Shown one piece after another: positions 27,403-36,956 of a DNA stretch of 63,295 nt. The first letter of the stretch is position 1, and the number at the start of each line of letters is the position of its first letter. Source of the stretch: an uncultured Acidimicrobiaceae bacterium (GTDB lineage: Bacteria; Actinomycetota; Acidimicrobiia; Spongiisociales; ZC4RG35); assembly GCA_964474055.1 (NCBI GenBank), contig CAYYRT010000252.1, positions 1 through 63,295 of the forward strand. The letters run 5' to 3'. The notes beneath the pieces were generated by a model. The model had not been told where the DNA came from. It made no database searches and was given only the letters and a program-made list of their open reading frames with translations. The position numbers and the translations under genes were made by a program.

Positions 27403-28235
27403 CGGTGCCTGACCACGGACGACTTCCTGACTTTCTGATCATTGGTGCAATGCGCTCGGGAACCACCGCGCTGTCGAATTGGTTGGGGCAACACCCTGAC
27501 GTCTTCATAGCCCCAGGTAAGGAACTGCACTTCTTTGACCGCCACTTCGACATGGGTGTCGATTGGTATCGGTCCCAGTTCAAACGAGCCGGGGAGGCAA
27601 CAAGGCTGGCCGAAGCAACCCCGAACTACCTCCACGAACCTGAGGCGATCGAGCGGATCTCTCAGGTGATCCCCGAGGTCAAGCTGCTGATAATTCTCCG
27701 GAACCCTGTTGACCGCGCTTATTCCCACTACTGGCACAACCAGTCGCGTGGTAAGGAGAGCCTGTCGTTCGCTGAAGCGATCGAGGCCGAACAGGCTCGC
27801 ATTAGCTCCGACAAAGCGAATCGGGCGTTCTACTCCTACGCAAGCAGGGGGCATTACATAACCCAGCTTGATGAGGTGCTGAGTCGGTTTCGAAGGTCTG
27901 CCCTGCATGTTGAGATTGCAGAAGAATTCTTTTCTGATCCAGAACGAAGGTTGCCGATAATCTTCCGATTCCTCGACATCGACCCAACCTTTGTGCCATC
28001 GAAAGTGGACGAACGAATCAACAGATTCGTTGAGTTCCGATCCGTCCGGCTCCGCGCGTTCTCCAAGCGCCTGCCTGGGGTCGCGGCAGGAGTCATCGGT
28101 CGGCTCAACGTGAGATCCGGATCCGATTATCCGCCGATGGAACCAATCGTCCGCGCCCACCTCGAATCGGTGTTCGAAAGGAGCAACCAGCGTTTAGCCA
28201 CACTCTTGGACCGAACAGGCCCAATCTGGGGTTAA
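27384..28235 (+). CDS. Sulfotransferase (ST4)
   Basis: FLIIGAMRSGTTAL and ILRNPVDRAYSHY. ATG 27384 overlaps the end of ST3. Confidence 0.85.
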   Translation: MDRARLTVPDHGRLPDFLIIGAMRSGTTALSNWLGQHPDVFIAPGKELHFFDRHFDMGVDWYRSQFKRAGEATRLAEATPNYLHEPEAIERISQVIPEVKLLIILRNPVDRAYSHYWHNQSRGKESLSFAEAIEAEQARISSDKANRAFYSYASRGHYITQLDEVLSRFRRSALHVEIAEEFFSDPERRLPIIFRFLDIDPTFVPSKVDERINRFVEFRSVRLRAFSKRLPGVAAGVIGRLNVRSGSDYPPMEPIVRAHLESVFERSNQRLATLLDRTGPIWG

Positions 28236-29398
28236 TACCGCCCAGTGCGGATCACTGAACGATATAACTCCGCCATACGATCGGCTATCGCCTCGATTGT
28301 GTACTGCTCGCGAAATCGCTGCTGACCTCTCTGACCCAGGCGATCGGCCAACATGGGGTCGTTCAACAAGGTCCTCATACCCTCCGACAACTGAAAAGCT
28401 GAACTTGCTGGCACCAGGAACGCTCCCCCTTCCCCGGCCACCTCCCGAAGGGGAGGCAAATCTGACGCTACGACCGGAATCCCCATCGCCATTGCTTCCA
28501 GCATCGCCCCGCCAAATCCCTCGAACAGGCTCGGGAATGCGAATATGTCGGAGGCCGCCAAAAGGTCACCGACATCCTCTCTGTGTCCGAGCAGTGTGAT
28601 CGCCGACGAGAGTTCGAGGCGCTGGATTGCGGCTTCCAGTTCCCGAGATACGCTCCCCTCGCGGCCAGCTATGAGAAGCCGCGTGTTCGGATGCTCCGCG
28701 AGGATTAGAGGCATCGCCTCGATGAGAAACCGTTGTCCCTTCTGGTATTCCTGGCGTCCGACTGTCAACAAGACGGACTGATCGTTATCGAGACCGAGAC
28801 TTGCGCGAACACGTTGACGTCGTTCGGGAGAGGGCTCCCCCAACCTTTCCTGGCTCCGTCCTCTCCCAACAACCGATATCCGATCAGCATCGACGCCCAA
28901 ATGGTCTTGCACCGATTCACCGACTGCTCGCGTCAGAACGTGGACGCGAGCTGTGAGGTGTCGGGCGGTCCAGCCGTCAATCATCCTGGTGACCTTCAAG
29001 CGCCACGGTCGAACACGCGGATCGGACGTTCGCGCCGTGTCATAACTCATATTGACAATGCTGGACAACACCGGAGTGCCGGTGCCGATAGCGGCCGACC
29101 GCCCCAGCACATCCGATTCGAATATCGACGTGTGCACCAGATCGAACTGACCTTGGACGATCCTTCGCCGCAGAGATCGCCAACGGCCAAACCAGCTAGA
29201 CGAGCCCAGAACTTCTACGCGGAGTTGATCACTAATCAGCTCGGCCACACCCTCCGATCGATCGAACAGGCAAACAACCTCGAGGGAGACTCCACGATCC
29301 CTCAGCGGTTGAGTCAGTTCGAGGAACGATCGCTCAGCACCTCCTGTGCCGAGTCCGTTGATGACATACAAGACCCTCAAGGCCGGACTAAAGACCAT
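28232..29398 (-). CDS. GT-B fold (family-4-like) glycosyltransferase
   Basis: LRVLYVINGLGTGGAE N-terminus and C-terminal FPSLFEGFGGAMLEAMAMGIPVV (E-x7-E region). Confidence 0.85.
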   Translation of the reverse strand: MVFSPALRVLYVINGLGTGGAERSFLELTQPLRDRGVSLEVVCLFDRSEGVAELISDQLRVEVLGSSSWFGRWRSLRRRIVQGQFDLVHTSIFESDVLGRSAAIGTGTPVLSSIVNMSYDTARTSDPRVRPWRLKVTRMIDGWTARHLTARVHVLTRAVGESVQDHLGVDADRISVVGRGRSQERLGEPSPERRQRVRASLGLDNDQSVLLTVGRQEYQKGQRFLIEAMPLILAEHPNTRLLIAGREGSVSRELEAAIQRLELSSAITLLGHREDVGDLLAASDIFAFPSLFEGFGGAMLEAMAMGIPVVASDLPPLREVAGEGGAFLVPASSAFQLSEGMRTLLNDPMLADRLGQRGQQRFREQYTIEAIADRMAELYRSVIRTGRY

Positions 29399-30383
29399 AC
29401 CCCAGCGCCACAGATGAAGGGCAATAGCTCAGGGCGAGCGAGTCCAGATCGGGTCGTTGCGGCTGAGGGGACCGGTGAATCGGAATCCGCGGTGTCGACG
29501 GCAACGTGACCCCGAGGAAACTGCTGATCTCTTTCAGCACATTGATTGGTTCGGTCTCCCACCGCTCGTACCGAACCGCCAGAACGTTCTCGTTTCCCAG
29601 GAATGGTGCGATCCGAGAATTGATGTACTCGTAGAGGAGTGCCCGGCGAATTCTCGAGTCGTCGGTCGCTTGCCTGAGGTGTGCATTCATTTTCCGATGG
29701 AAAGCTACGTCGTATTCAAGTCCTTGAGCCAGGCGTCCCCCCACTCTTTCGAACGACGTCAGCACCTCCACCGGATGCCTCACGCACACGATCATGCGCG
29801 TGCGCGGGAGCAGTGGCAGGTATCGCCAAAAGCCCGGCCACTTCACTCCGAGCGAGTATCCCTCGCTCATTTCCAGGGGCACCGATTGCTGCCGGTCCCG
29901 CCGCCACCTCACCTCCCCTGCTTCAAGACCTTCGATGTCGAGGCGTCCACGGGCCAGGTGCTTGCTCTCATCGATCTCGTGGCGGATCGAGTCAAAGAGG
30001 TCCGCTGGCGGTAGTTGAAGCCCGTCCCAAGGCTCCATGCAGACAACCGAATCGGGGGGGTTAAAGAGAAGGGCCGCCACCAGCGAGGTGCCCGAACGGG
30101 GGCAACCCACGATCATGAAGTCGCGGTCATTCGGTTGCCTTAGCGGCAATGGCAAGGTGTCGGGATCGAGGCGACAACGCGCCAACAATCTCTGCCAGCG
30201 GATCCATTCCAACGACCGGCCGATCGGATTCACGACTGATTCGTCCGGAGCACGCGCAGACACCCAATTACCATGAGCCACCATGCTTCGGCTTGCGGTC
30301 CGCAGATCCACCGAGCGGATATTCGACTCGCTGGCAGGCAGCAGGGCGCTTGGCAAGGTGGCAGCCGCAGTCACGGCCGGCAA
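29388..30383 (-). CDS. Sulfotransferase (ST5)
   Basis: FMIVGCPRSGTSLV PAPS loop and CVRHPVEVLTSF. The 5' end overlaps the divergent deacetylase ORF, so the internal start near 30284 (MVAHGNW) is an alternative. Confidence 0.7.
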   Translation of the reverse strand: MPAVTAAATLPSALLPASESNIRSVDLRTASRSMVAHGNWVSARAPDESVVNPIGRSLEWIRWQRLLARCRLDPDTLPLPLRQPNDRDFMIVGCPRSGTSLVAALLFNPPDSVVCMEPWDGLQLPPADLFDSIRHEIDESKHLARGRLDIEGLEAGEVRWRRDRQQSVPLEMSEGYSLGVKWPGFWRYLPLLPRTRMIVCVRHPVEVLTSFERVGGRLAQGLEYDVAFHRKMNAHLRQATDDSRIRRALLYEYINSRIAPFLGNENVLAVRYERWETEPINVLKEISSFLGVTLPSTPRIPIHRSPQPQRPDLDSLALSYCPSSVALGYGL

Positions 30384-31245
30384 ACTCCGTGTTCTTTGCT
30401 ATCACGATGTTCCGGACAAGGAGCGATTCGCCCGTCAGATGGCGATAGTCGCCAACGAGTACACACCCGTCTCTAGTGGAACTGTGGCGGCAGCCTTCCG
30501 GAACAGGTCTGCCTTGCCTGCGCGGGCGGTCTGGGTCACATTCGACGACGGCGACCCGTCGGTGGTCACAAACGGTGTTCCAGTGTTGTCCGCATATGGA
30601 ATTAGAGCTACCTGTTTCGTCTGCCCGGGCGTGATCGGCACGCGACTTCCATTCTGGTGGCAGATCGTCCAGCACGCCGCAACCATCGGGGCAAATAATG
30701 AGCGACCATCCGAGCCTCCGGCAGCGCTCGTTGGTCGTCTCAAAGAAATGCACGACGGTGATCGCCGTAGCGCGGTGCTTAAGCTCGCATCCGCGATCGA
30801 GCGCATCGAAAAAAGGGAATATTCCAGGGATCAGATGTCCATCGATGATCTCCGAATCTTCGCCGCGGCCGGAGGTGACATTGGGAACCACACCTGGGAC
30901 CACCCGATGCTGAATCAGTGCGAAGAGGATGAACAGCGTCGGCAAGTGCTGATGGCCCACGAGTGGCTGACGGAGTCGGGTCTGCCCTGGCCGGGGCTGT
31001 TTGCGTATCCAAACGGGAACGCCACCCCTTATGTGGGCGGCCTGCTCGGGAGCCTCGGCTACGGCCTTGCGACCCTCTTCGACCATCGGATCGGGCCTGT
31101 CTCCGGAAACCCGTTCCTCGTGTCGAGGCTTCGTGTAAGCGCATCTGAGAGTATTCCCCGCTTTCGGGCCATACTTTCGGGACTGCATCCTGCCGCCCAT
31201 TTGCTGCGCAACCGCAACCTCAGCACATCGGCCCGAACGACTTGA
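30283..31245 (+). CDS. NodB-type polysaccharide deacetylase
   Basis: VLCYHDV, VTFDDGDPS (motif 1), ATCFVCPG, and NHTWDHP (His motif). Confidence 0.8.
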   Translation: MLRLAVRRSTERIFDSLAGSRALGKVAAAVTAGKLRVLCYHDVPDKERFARQMAIVANEYTPVSSGTVAAAFRNRSALPARAVWVTFDDGDPSVVTNGVPVLSAYGIRATCFVCPGVIGTRLPFWWQIVQHAATIGANNERPSEPPAALVGRLKEMHDGDRRSAVLKLASAIERIEKREYSRDQMSIDDLRIFAAAGGDIGNHTWDHPMLNQCEEDEQRRQVLMAHEWLTESGLPWPGLFAYPNGNATPYVGGLLGSLGYGLATLFDHRIGPVSGNPFLVSRLRVSASESIPRFRAILSGLHPAAHLLRNRNLSTSARTT

Positions 31246-31271
31246 TGAGGCGCTTCTCCGTACTCGCCCAG

Positions 31272-32060
31272 TCACAGCTCTCGATAACCTCTGACCAACC
31301 GGCGCAAGCGCTCCTCTGCGCGCAAACCCCAGTTCATCCTGGCCCCGAAAAACCTCATCCCGTCTGACTTTTGGATCGGCACCCGCGCCAAACGATGGTG
31401 ATCCCTACTCGTTTCGGGCCGGATGGGTGCGCCCACCGCCGCAGTCTCGAACCTGGGTCGGACGATCTTGTCGGCACTGCTTGACCAATACCCCCATGGG
31501 TAGGCGAAGTGGCTCGGTGCAACTTGAGTGCGAAGCTCGATCAGCCGATCCGACTCCTCAAGCTCCCACCGTATCGACTCGGGGGAGGACTGGCGCAAGT
31601 CCGGGTGAGTGTGGGTATGACTACCAAGTGTCAGGAGGCCCGAGGACAGCATCTCCAATATTTGATCCCAGGTCAACGGCAAAGCTCTGTGATCCGAAAG
31701 CGGCGTGCCCGTCTCGACGGGCCCGGTCGTAAGGTAGAGGGTGAACGGCAGCCGGCGTTCGAGAAGATGAGGAAACGCCGTGTCATAGAGATCGCGGTAT
31801 CCATCATCGAAGGTCAGAACGGCGATGAGGTCCCCGTTGGCGGGCCCCCCCGCCAGGGCCGAAGCGAGGTCAACAACTCTGCCGTTTTCGCGGAGCCAAT
31901 CGAGCTGGCCCACGAAGTCCCGCTCGGACACCTCCATCTCGCGACCGAAGTCAACACCTACCTGGTGGTAGATCAGTATCCGGGGACCCCGCAGCTTCGG
32001 TGTTAACCGGTCAATCGTGGCAAACACGGACTTCGCTGCTTTGCGAGAACCTTGCGCCAT
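31272..32060 (-). CDS. NodB-type polysaccharide deacetylase
   Basis: ILIYHQV, LTFDDGYRDLY, FTLYLTTG, GSHTHTHPDL. Confidence 0.8.
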   Translation of the reverse strand: MAQGSRKAAKSVFATIDRLTPKLRGPRILIYHQVGVDFGREMEVSERDFVGQLDWLRENGRVVDLASALAGGPANGDLIAVLTFDDGYRDLYDTAFPHLLERRLPFTLYLTTGPVETGTPLSDHRALPLTWDQILEMLSSGLLTLGSHTHTHPDLRQSSPESIRWELEESDRLIELRTQVAPSHFAYPWGYWSSSADKIVRPRFETAAVGAPIRPETSRDHHRLARVPIQKSDGMRFFGARMNWGLRAEERLRRLVRGYREL

Positions 32061-34769
32061 TTATCCAGTCGGTCGGAGCGACTGCAACTCTTCCTCGGTG
32101 AGAACCGGGGATGCAAGCAATCCCAATCGCTGCAAAGGAGCGATATTCGGCTTCACCCCTTCGGACCAAACGGGATCCCAACCATGGGGCTGTTGATCAG
32201 GGCGCTTCCATGGATACACGATGCGGGCATTGGGAGTAGTGCCCTCATACAGCCAACCGAGGGCGATCTCAAAGGTCCGGGTGTCGGTTAGTTGTTCGCC
32301 AAGTCGCTCAACTGCCTCAGCCCGACCCGCCCGCACAGCGGACTTGAGGCTTCGTTCGAGACTATCGATAGTCAAGCTGACCACCCCGGTGTTGAGCTCG
32401 TCGATTCGCTCCCGCGTGAAGCGGGAGGAATTGACAAGCACCTGGACCGTCCCGAGCCGGCTGGCGAGATGCCAGATAGAAGGTTCGTAGCTGGTGCTAC
32501 TCAAGTGGCGGAGGAAGAACTCCTGCGCCAGCCAATCATCGATCGACTGATTGGGCGTTCCTGATCCTTCGCTAAGCACCTTGACCAGCTCTCCAGCCAA
32601 TCGATTGCCGAGGCGGCTCCCAAGTTGGACCCGGAACTCTGCGGCGAGGTGCCCACCGATTGACTGTACGCCCTTGATCTCATGAAGCGGCATATAGCCG
32701 TGTCGGGCCGCAGCGATGACGTCCTCGGAAAAGTCGCTGTTCCCGGGAGTTGCGTTGATCATCCCCGTTGTCCAGTCCATCAGAAATGATGCAACCTTCT
32801 CGTATGCCCCGTCTTCTGCGTCGGCGAGGATGCCCAACAACTCGGCCCCGCGAGGGGAGTCGGCCGCCGGATGACCGGGAACGATTCTCAACTCATCGCG
32901 AATATTTCGTCCCACTGCCGCGGCTCCCTTGGCCGGCCCGCCCGCTACAACGTTGCGCTGTTTCGTCGAGCCTGGCGATAGGGACACTCGTGCTGCCGTG
33001 GCCGACTTCGATGGTGTCGGCTCGTCGCCTTCATTTGCGTCGGCCGCTCGCAGAACAACGCTGCCTTCGTTGGCCCCAACCGGCCCAGGCTCGACGTCCT
33101 CACGCAAAACGGGACGGGAGTGGTCGACCGGTGCACCCTTGCGTGCGAGGAACACAGCGCCGAGGAACGCAACCCGGCGATCAGTCATTTCCTGAACCAG
33201 GTCTTCGATAACGGCTGCCGGAGTCCGACCGGGGACCAGGCAAATGATGCCGACGTCCATGCGCTGGAACAGGACTTGCCCCGGAGGAGACTGCAGGTCC
33301 CCGCCCACCAACAACACCAAGTCGTGACGTGCCTTTGCCTCCTCCATGAACACCTGAAAAATGGTCCCTGACAAAGCGTCCGCTGGAGACTCGAGTCCGG
33401 TCCCTGCGCCGATGACAGACAGGTTGGCCCGGAGAACCAATGCCTTCTCCAAGGCGTTGGTCGATGCGTGGCGCGCACCTTCGGCGTCATCCGGTCGTCG
33501 ATCGAGAATCTCCGCAAGCGTCGGTCCCGCCCCTTTGATTTCGTTGGGGCGCGAACCTCCTTCCAGTTCAGCGTCCACGACCAGAACTGACCATCCGGCG
33601 TTGGCGAAGCTGGCCGCTAGATCGAGTCCAGCCATTTGTACAGCTGTCGAGGTTGTGCTGATACCCGCCACAGCCAGCGCAATGGGCCTGCTCTTAAGCC
33701 GACCCTCCACGGCGGCACGCATAGCCTGGATGGCCTGTTTGCGGGGATGACGCGCCTCGCGGTCGTACCACAGTTTGCCTGCCTCGACATGAAGTCGCCG
33801 GGACGGAATGTCACCCAGGACGGGCAGGCTCAGGTCAGCAGGTACCCAGGCGGGACGGCGGGTCCTTGTGTCGATGGTTATAGCAAGGATGGCCAGGACG
33901 ATTCCCACCAGAAGCCCCAACAACCCGTTGAAGACGATGCTGGGGGGTGGTGGGGTCAGGTCCGCGACGGTTACGGCGCCCGAGAAGCCACCTGAAGTAA
34001 CACCCAATTGGCGCAGATACAGCCTCTCGTACTCGTCGGCCAGGACTTCGAGGCGATTCTCGATCGCTTGCTGTCTGAATGCCACACTCGGGGCATCCGG
34101 TATCAGCGGAGGCAACGACGCCTTTTCGGTGGCCAAACGAGTGAGAGCGGCGTTTACCTGGTTGCGCTCCAGCGCATTGGCTGAAGCCTCGATCTCGGTA
34201 GCGGTCACATCGAGAACCGCCAGGTCAACAAGGCGCTGCCGAAGAATCAGGACTTGGCTGTCGATGAGTGCGTGTTGATCGATCACAGTTTGGTCGGCAA
34301 GACCGAGCGAATCCAGCTCGTCAGACAAGCGATCAGCCTCTGACTCGATTTCCGCTAGCCGACCGGCAACCGGAGCACCTCCCGCCAGGGGATCCACATC
34401 GAGGAAAGCCTGTCGCAGTTCAGTGGCGTCCTCGACCGCGTCGCCCTGTGATGAGTCCGCTGCGACAAACAGAAGCTCGGCGGTGACGGTGTTGGCAACG
34501 ATAAAACGGTCGGTGGGATCCTCGGCCAGAAGCGCTCCGGCCGCCAGCAATGCCGACTCTTCTGCGTCGAGCAACTCGGTGGCAGCGTCCGCAGCTTGCT
34601 CGCCAGAGGGAATCTGGAATTGGATCGGGGCCGTGGCCTCGAAGCGCGTTTCACGCCCGCCTTCGGCAATGACTGTGAAAACCCCGGCCGTCACCAAACC
34701 GAAGATTGCGAACGCCAAGGCGACCGGCCAGCGGTCGCGGAAGGCTCGAACTAGCGGATTCAGCTCCAC
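32061..34769 (-). CDS. Wzz/PCP-like chain-length-determinant protein with degenerate BY-kinase-like domain and a ~330 aa C-terminal domain of unknown function
   Basis: Two TM helices bracket a long coiled region. A MinD/BY-kinase-like segment follows (VLVVDAELEGG, DLVLLVGGDL), but the Walker A position reads AGISTTSTA with no GK[ST]. The remaining C-terminal third has no motif I recognise. Confidence 0.65.
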   Translation of the reverse strand: MELNPLVRAFRDRWPVALAFAIFGLVTAGVFTVIAEGGRETRFEATAPIQFQIPSGEQAADAATELLDAEESALLAAGALLAEDPTDRFIVANTVTAELLFVAADSSQGDAVEDATELRQAFLDVDPLAGGAPVAGRLAEIESEADRLSDELDSLGLADQTVIDQHALIDSQVLILRQRLVDLAVLDVTATEIEASANALERNQVNAALTRLATEKASLPPLIPDAPSVAFRQQAIENRLEVLADEYERLYLRQLGVTSGGFSGAVTVADLTPPPPSIVFNGLLGLLVGIVLAILAITIDTRTRRPAWVPADLSLPVLGDIPSRRLHVEAGKLWYDREARHPRKQAIQAMRAAVEGRLKSRPIALAVAGISTTSTAVQMAGLDLAASFANAGWSVLVVDAELEGGSRPNEIKGAGPTLAEILDRRPDDAEGARHASTNALEKALVLRANLSVIGAGTGLESPADALSGTIFQVFMEEAKARHDLVLLVGGDLQSPPGQVLFQRMDVGIICLVPGRTPAAVIEDLVQEMTDRRVAFLGAVFLARKGAPVDHSRPVLREDVEPGPVGANEGSVVLRAADANEGDEPTPSKSATAARVSLSPGSTKQRNVVAGGPAKGAAAVGRNIRDELRIVPGHPAADSPRGAELLGILADAEDGAYEKVASFLMDWTTGMINATPGNSDFSEDVIAAARHGYMPLHEIKGVQSIGGHLAAEFRVQLGSRLGNRLAGELVKVLSEGSGTPNQSIDDWLAQEFFLRHLSSTSYEPSIWHLASRLGTVQVLVNSSRFTRERIDELNTGVVSLTIDSLERSLKSAVRAGRAEAVERLGEQLTDTRTFEIALGWLYEGTTPNARIVYPWKRPDQQPHGWDPVWSEGVKPNIAPLQRLGLLASPVLTEEELQSLRPTG

Positions 34770-36691
34770 GTTGTGACAGGTTCGATGACCCGCAAATCCA
34801 GCGTTTCGGAGATAGCAGTCAAGCCCAGAGTCATCTCCGTCAGGATATCGCGAATCAACGCCCTGTTACCCAAGGAGGCCGCGTCCACCAACCGTGCCAC
34901 ACCTTCCCCAACAGCCAGGGCTCCTGGATGCACCGGCTCGGCCACTGAAATAGCCGGGTGTCGCGTCGGTTCCATGGGGTACTCGGCCAGGACTTCGTTG
35001 AGCTTCTCGCCACGGCGCCGGCCGGTGAACACGATCGGAATGTCCCGGTCGGGGGCCAGACCGGCGAGCCGGATCAGGCGGCGGGCAAGGTCGACGATAC
35101 GTACAGGTTCGCCCATGTCGAGGACAAATACCTCCGAGCCTTTGGCAAGAGCCGCAGCCTGGAGGACCAGTTGAACTGCCTCATCCACCGTCATGAAATA
35201 GCGAGTCATGCTGGCCTCGGTGACTGTGACGGGACCACCCCGCTTCACCTGTTCGACGAACGTCGGGACCACGCTTCCCCGACTGCCGAGGACGTTCCCA
35301 AAGCGCACTGCCGTGTATTGGCACCCATCGCGCCTTTGGTTGCCCACCTGCACCAGCATCTCGGCTACTCGCTTGGTGGCTCCCATCACGCTGGCCGGGT
35401 CAACTGCCTTGTCGGTTGATATCAATACAAAGCGCTCCACTTTCGACACAGACGATGCATCGATGAGGTTCAAGCTGCCCTGGATGTTGGTTAACACTGC
35501 CTCCTCGGGAAATTCCTCGAGTACCGGAACGTGTTTGAGAGCAGCGGCGTGAAAGATGACCTCGGGCCGAATCTCTGCAAAGACCCGGAACAATCGAGTC
35601 CGGTCGCGAATGTCACACAGGATGCGGCTGACCGGCTGGTTCCAAACCATGCTGGCATCGTGCAGCAACGTTTCGTCCCGGTCGAGCGCAAAGACCGCTG
35701 CTGGCTCGTAGCTCAAAACCTGGCGGACGATCTCCGACCCGATCGATCCTCCGGCGCCAGTCACCAGAACACGTCGGCCCGCCACCAGACCACCGACCTC
35801 GGTCATATCGGTAGAAACCGGCGGTCGCACCAACAAGTCGTCGATCTGGATATCGCGCGCATCAAGGTTGGTTGAACGGCCAAGCATCACGTCTTCTGCG
35901 CCCGGCAGGATGCGCAGCCGGACATCGATGTCGAGGCATCGGTCGACCACGCGTCGGGCCCGCTCCGGTCCTCCCCCGACCACTACCACCTGGTCGACTG
36001 CCCACTGTTTGATGATCTCTTCGAGTTGGTCAATTGATCCGAGAACCGGCAGGCCAGCGAGACGTCGAACCTCGGAATGAAAGGCGTACGACTCCGCAAC
36101 AAACCCAACTACCTCGCCGCCGGCGACGAGTTCTGGAGCTTCGCGGGCAAACGCCGCGGCGGCGCGTCCGTTGCCAACCACAAGAATCCTTGACCCCGCG
36201 GGCGACCTCTTGCGGAAAGAAAACAGCCTGGACCGGAATCTGACCAGTCCCATTCCGGCCAGCGACAAGAGCCCACCGAGGATGATGGTTGCGTATGGCA
36301 CCACGGGCCCAATCCCCAGGTCGCGAAGGACGTTGGAGAGGACTAGAAGTGCTGCGATAGCAAGACCGGCCGAAATCGCTACCTGGCGAGCCTCGGCCAG
36401 GCTGGCATGTTCCCAAACGTGACCATATGCGCCAATGAGGATGTTGAGACCGATGTGGACCGCGACGATCACGGGCAACGAGTCGACCAGGTCGACCCAA
36501 TACTTCTGGGCTGTGCCCACGAGCGGGTCAAGCATGCGAAAGCCCAGGCCGAGCGCATAAGCACCCATGATGATGAATACGTCAATCAGGGCAAATACCA
36601 AATCGGCCCGCAGCCGCGAGGCCGCCCCGGCCACTTGTCGCCGCCACTCCGGCATCGCCTCGAGACCCGTTGTCAATCGCCCACCCAACAC
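34760..36691 (-). CDS. Membrane-anchored CapD/WbpM/PglF-type nucleotide-sugar 4,6-dehydratase
   Basis: Four N-terminal TM helices. Two Rossmann regions (ILVVGNGRAA; VLVTGAGGSIGSEI). Family-typical STDKAV and YTAVRFGNVLGSRGSV motifs. Confidence 0.85.
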   Translation of the reverse strand: MLGGRLTTGLEAMPEWRRQVAGAASRLRADLVFALIDVFIIMGAYALGLGFRMLDPLVGTAQKYWVDLVDSLPVIVAVHIGLNILIGAYGHVWEHASLAEARQVAISAGLAIAALLVLSNVLRDLGIGPVVPYATIILGGLLSLAGMGLVRFRSRLFSFRKRSPAGSRILVVGNGRAAAAFAREAPELVAGGEVVGFVAESYAFHSEVRRLAGLPVLGSIDQLEEIIKQWAVDQVVVVGGGPERARRVVDRCLDIDVRLRILPGAEDVMLGRSTNLDARDIQIDDLLVRPPVSTDMTEVGGLVAGRRVLVTGAGGSIGSEIVRQVLSYEPAAVFALDRDETLLHDASMVWNQPVSRILCDIRDRTRLFRVFAEIRPEVIFHAAALKHVPVLEEFPEEAVLTNIQGSLNLIDASSVSKVERFVLISTDKAVDPASVMGATKRVAEMLVQVGNQRRDGCQYTAVRFGNVLGSRGSVVPTFVEQVKRGGPVTVTEASMTRYFMTVDEAVQLVLQAAALAKGSEVFVLDMGEPVRIVDLARRLIRLAGLAPDRDIPIVFTGRRRGEKLNEVLAEYPMEPTRHPAISVAEPVHPGALAVGEGVARLVDAASLGNRALIRDILTEMTLGLTAISETLDLRVIEPVTTWS

Positions 36692-36956
36692 TCAAGCCTC
36701 CCACAGCTTTGCCAAATGGGCTCCACTCGGCGCCCACTCCCTAGATCCGACAGATTACCCAGGCTGGGGCTAAGTCAAACACCTGAATCTGTGGGTCCAC
36801 CGAATCAGATCGGGCGGGAACACCTTCGCAAGACAGAAGTAGCCTGTGCCGGGGATGCTGATTTCTTATCCGGGAGGCGACTGTGTCGAGACCAGTGTTG
36901 GGAATGTCCGAGGGATCCGATCTAACCGCGACCCTGACTGACCCCAACGGGCATCC
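36692..36956. promoter_or_regulatory. Divergent promoter region between the capD-wzz operon and the polymerase-like/ST6 operon
   Basis: 265-bp non-coding gap between divergently oriented genes. Contains a 7-bp inverted repeat ACAGATT ... AATCTGT. No promoter elements could be assigned confidently. Confidence 0.3.

Noticed and set aside
36692-36956. Riboswitch or small RNA in the 265-bp divergent gap.
   Set aside because: I recognise no conserved riboswitch core sequence. Only a short 7-bp inverted repeat is present. I kept it as a low-confidence promoter region only.
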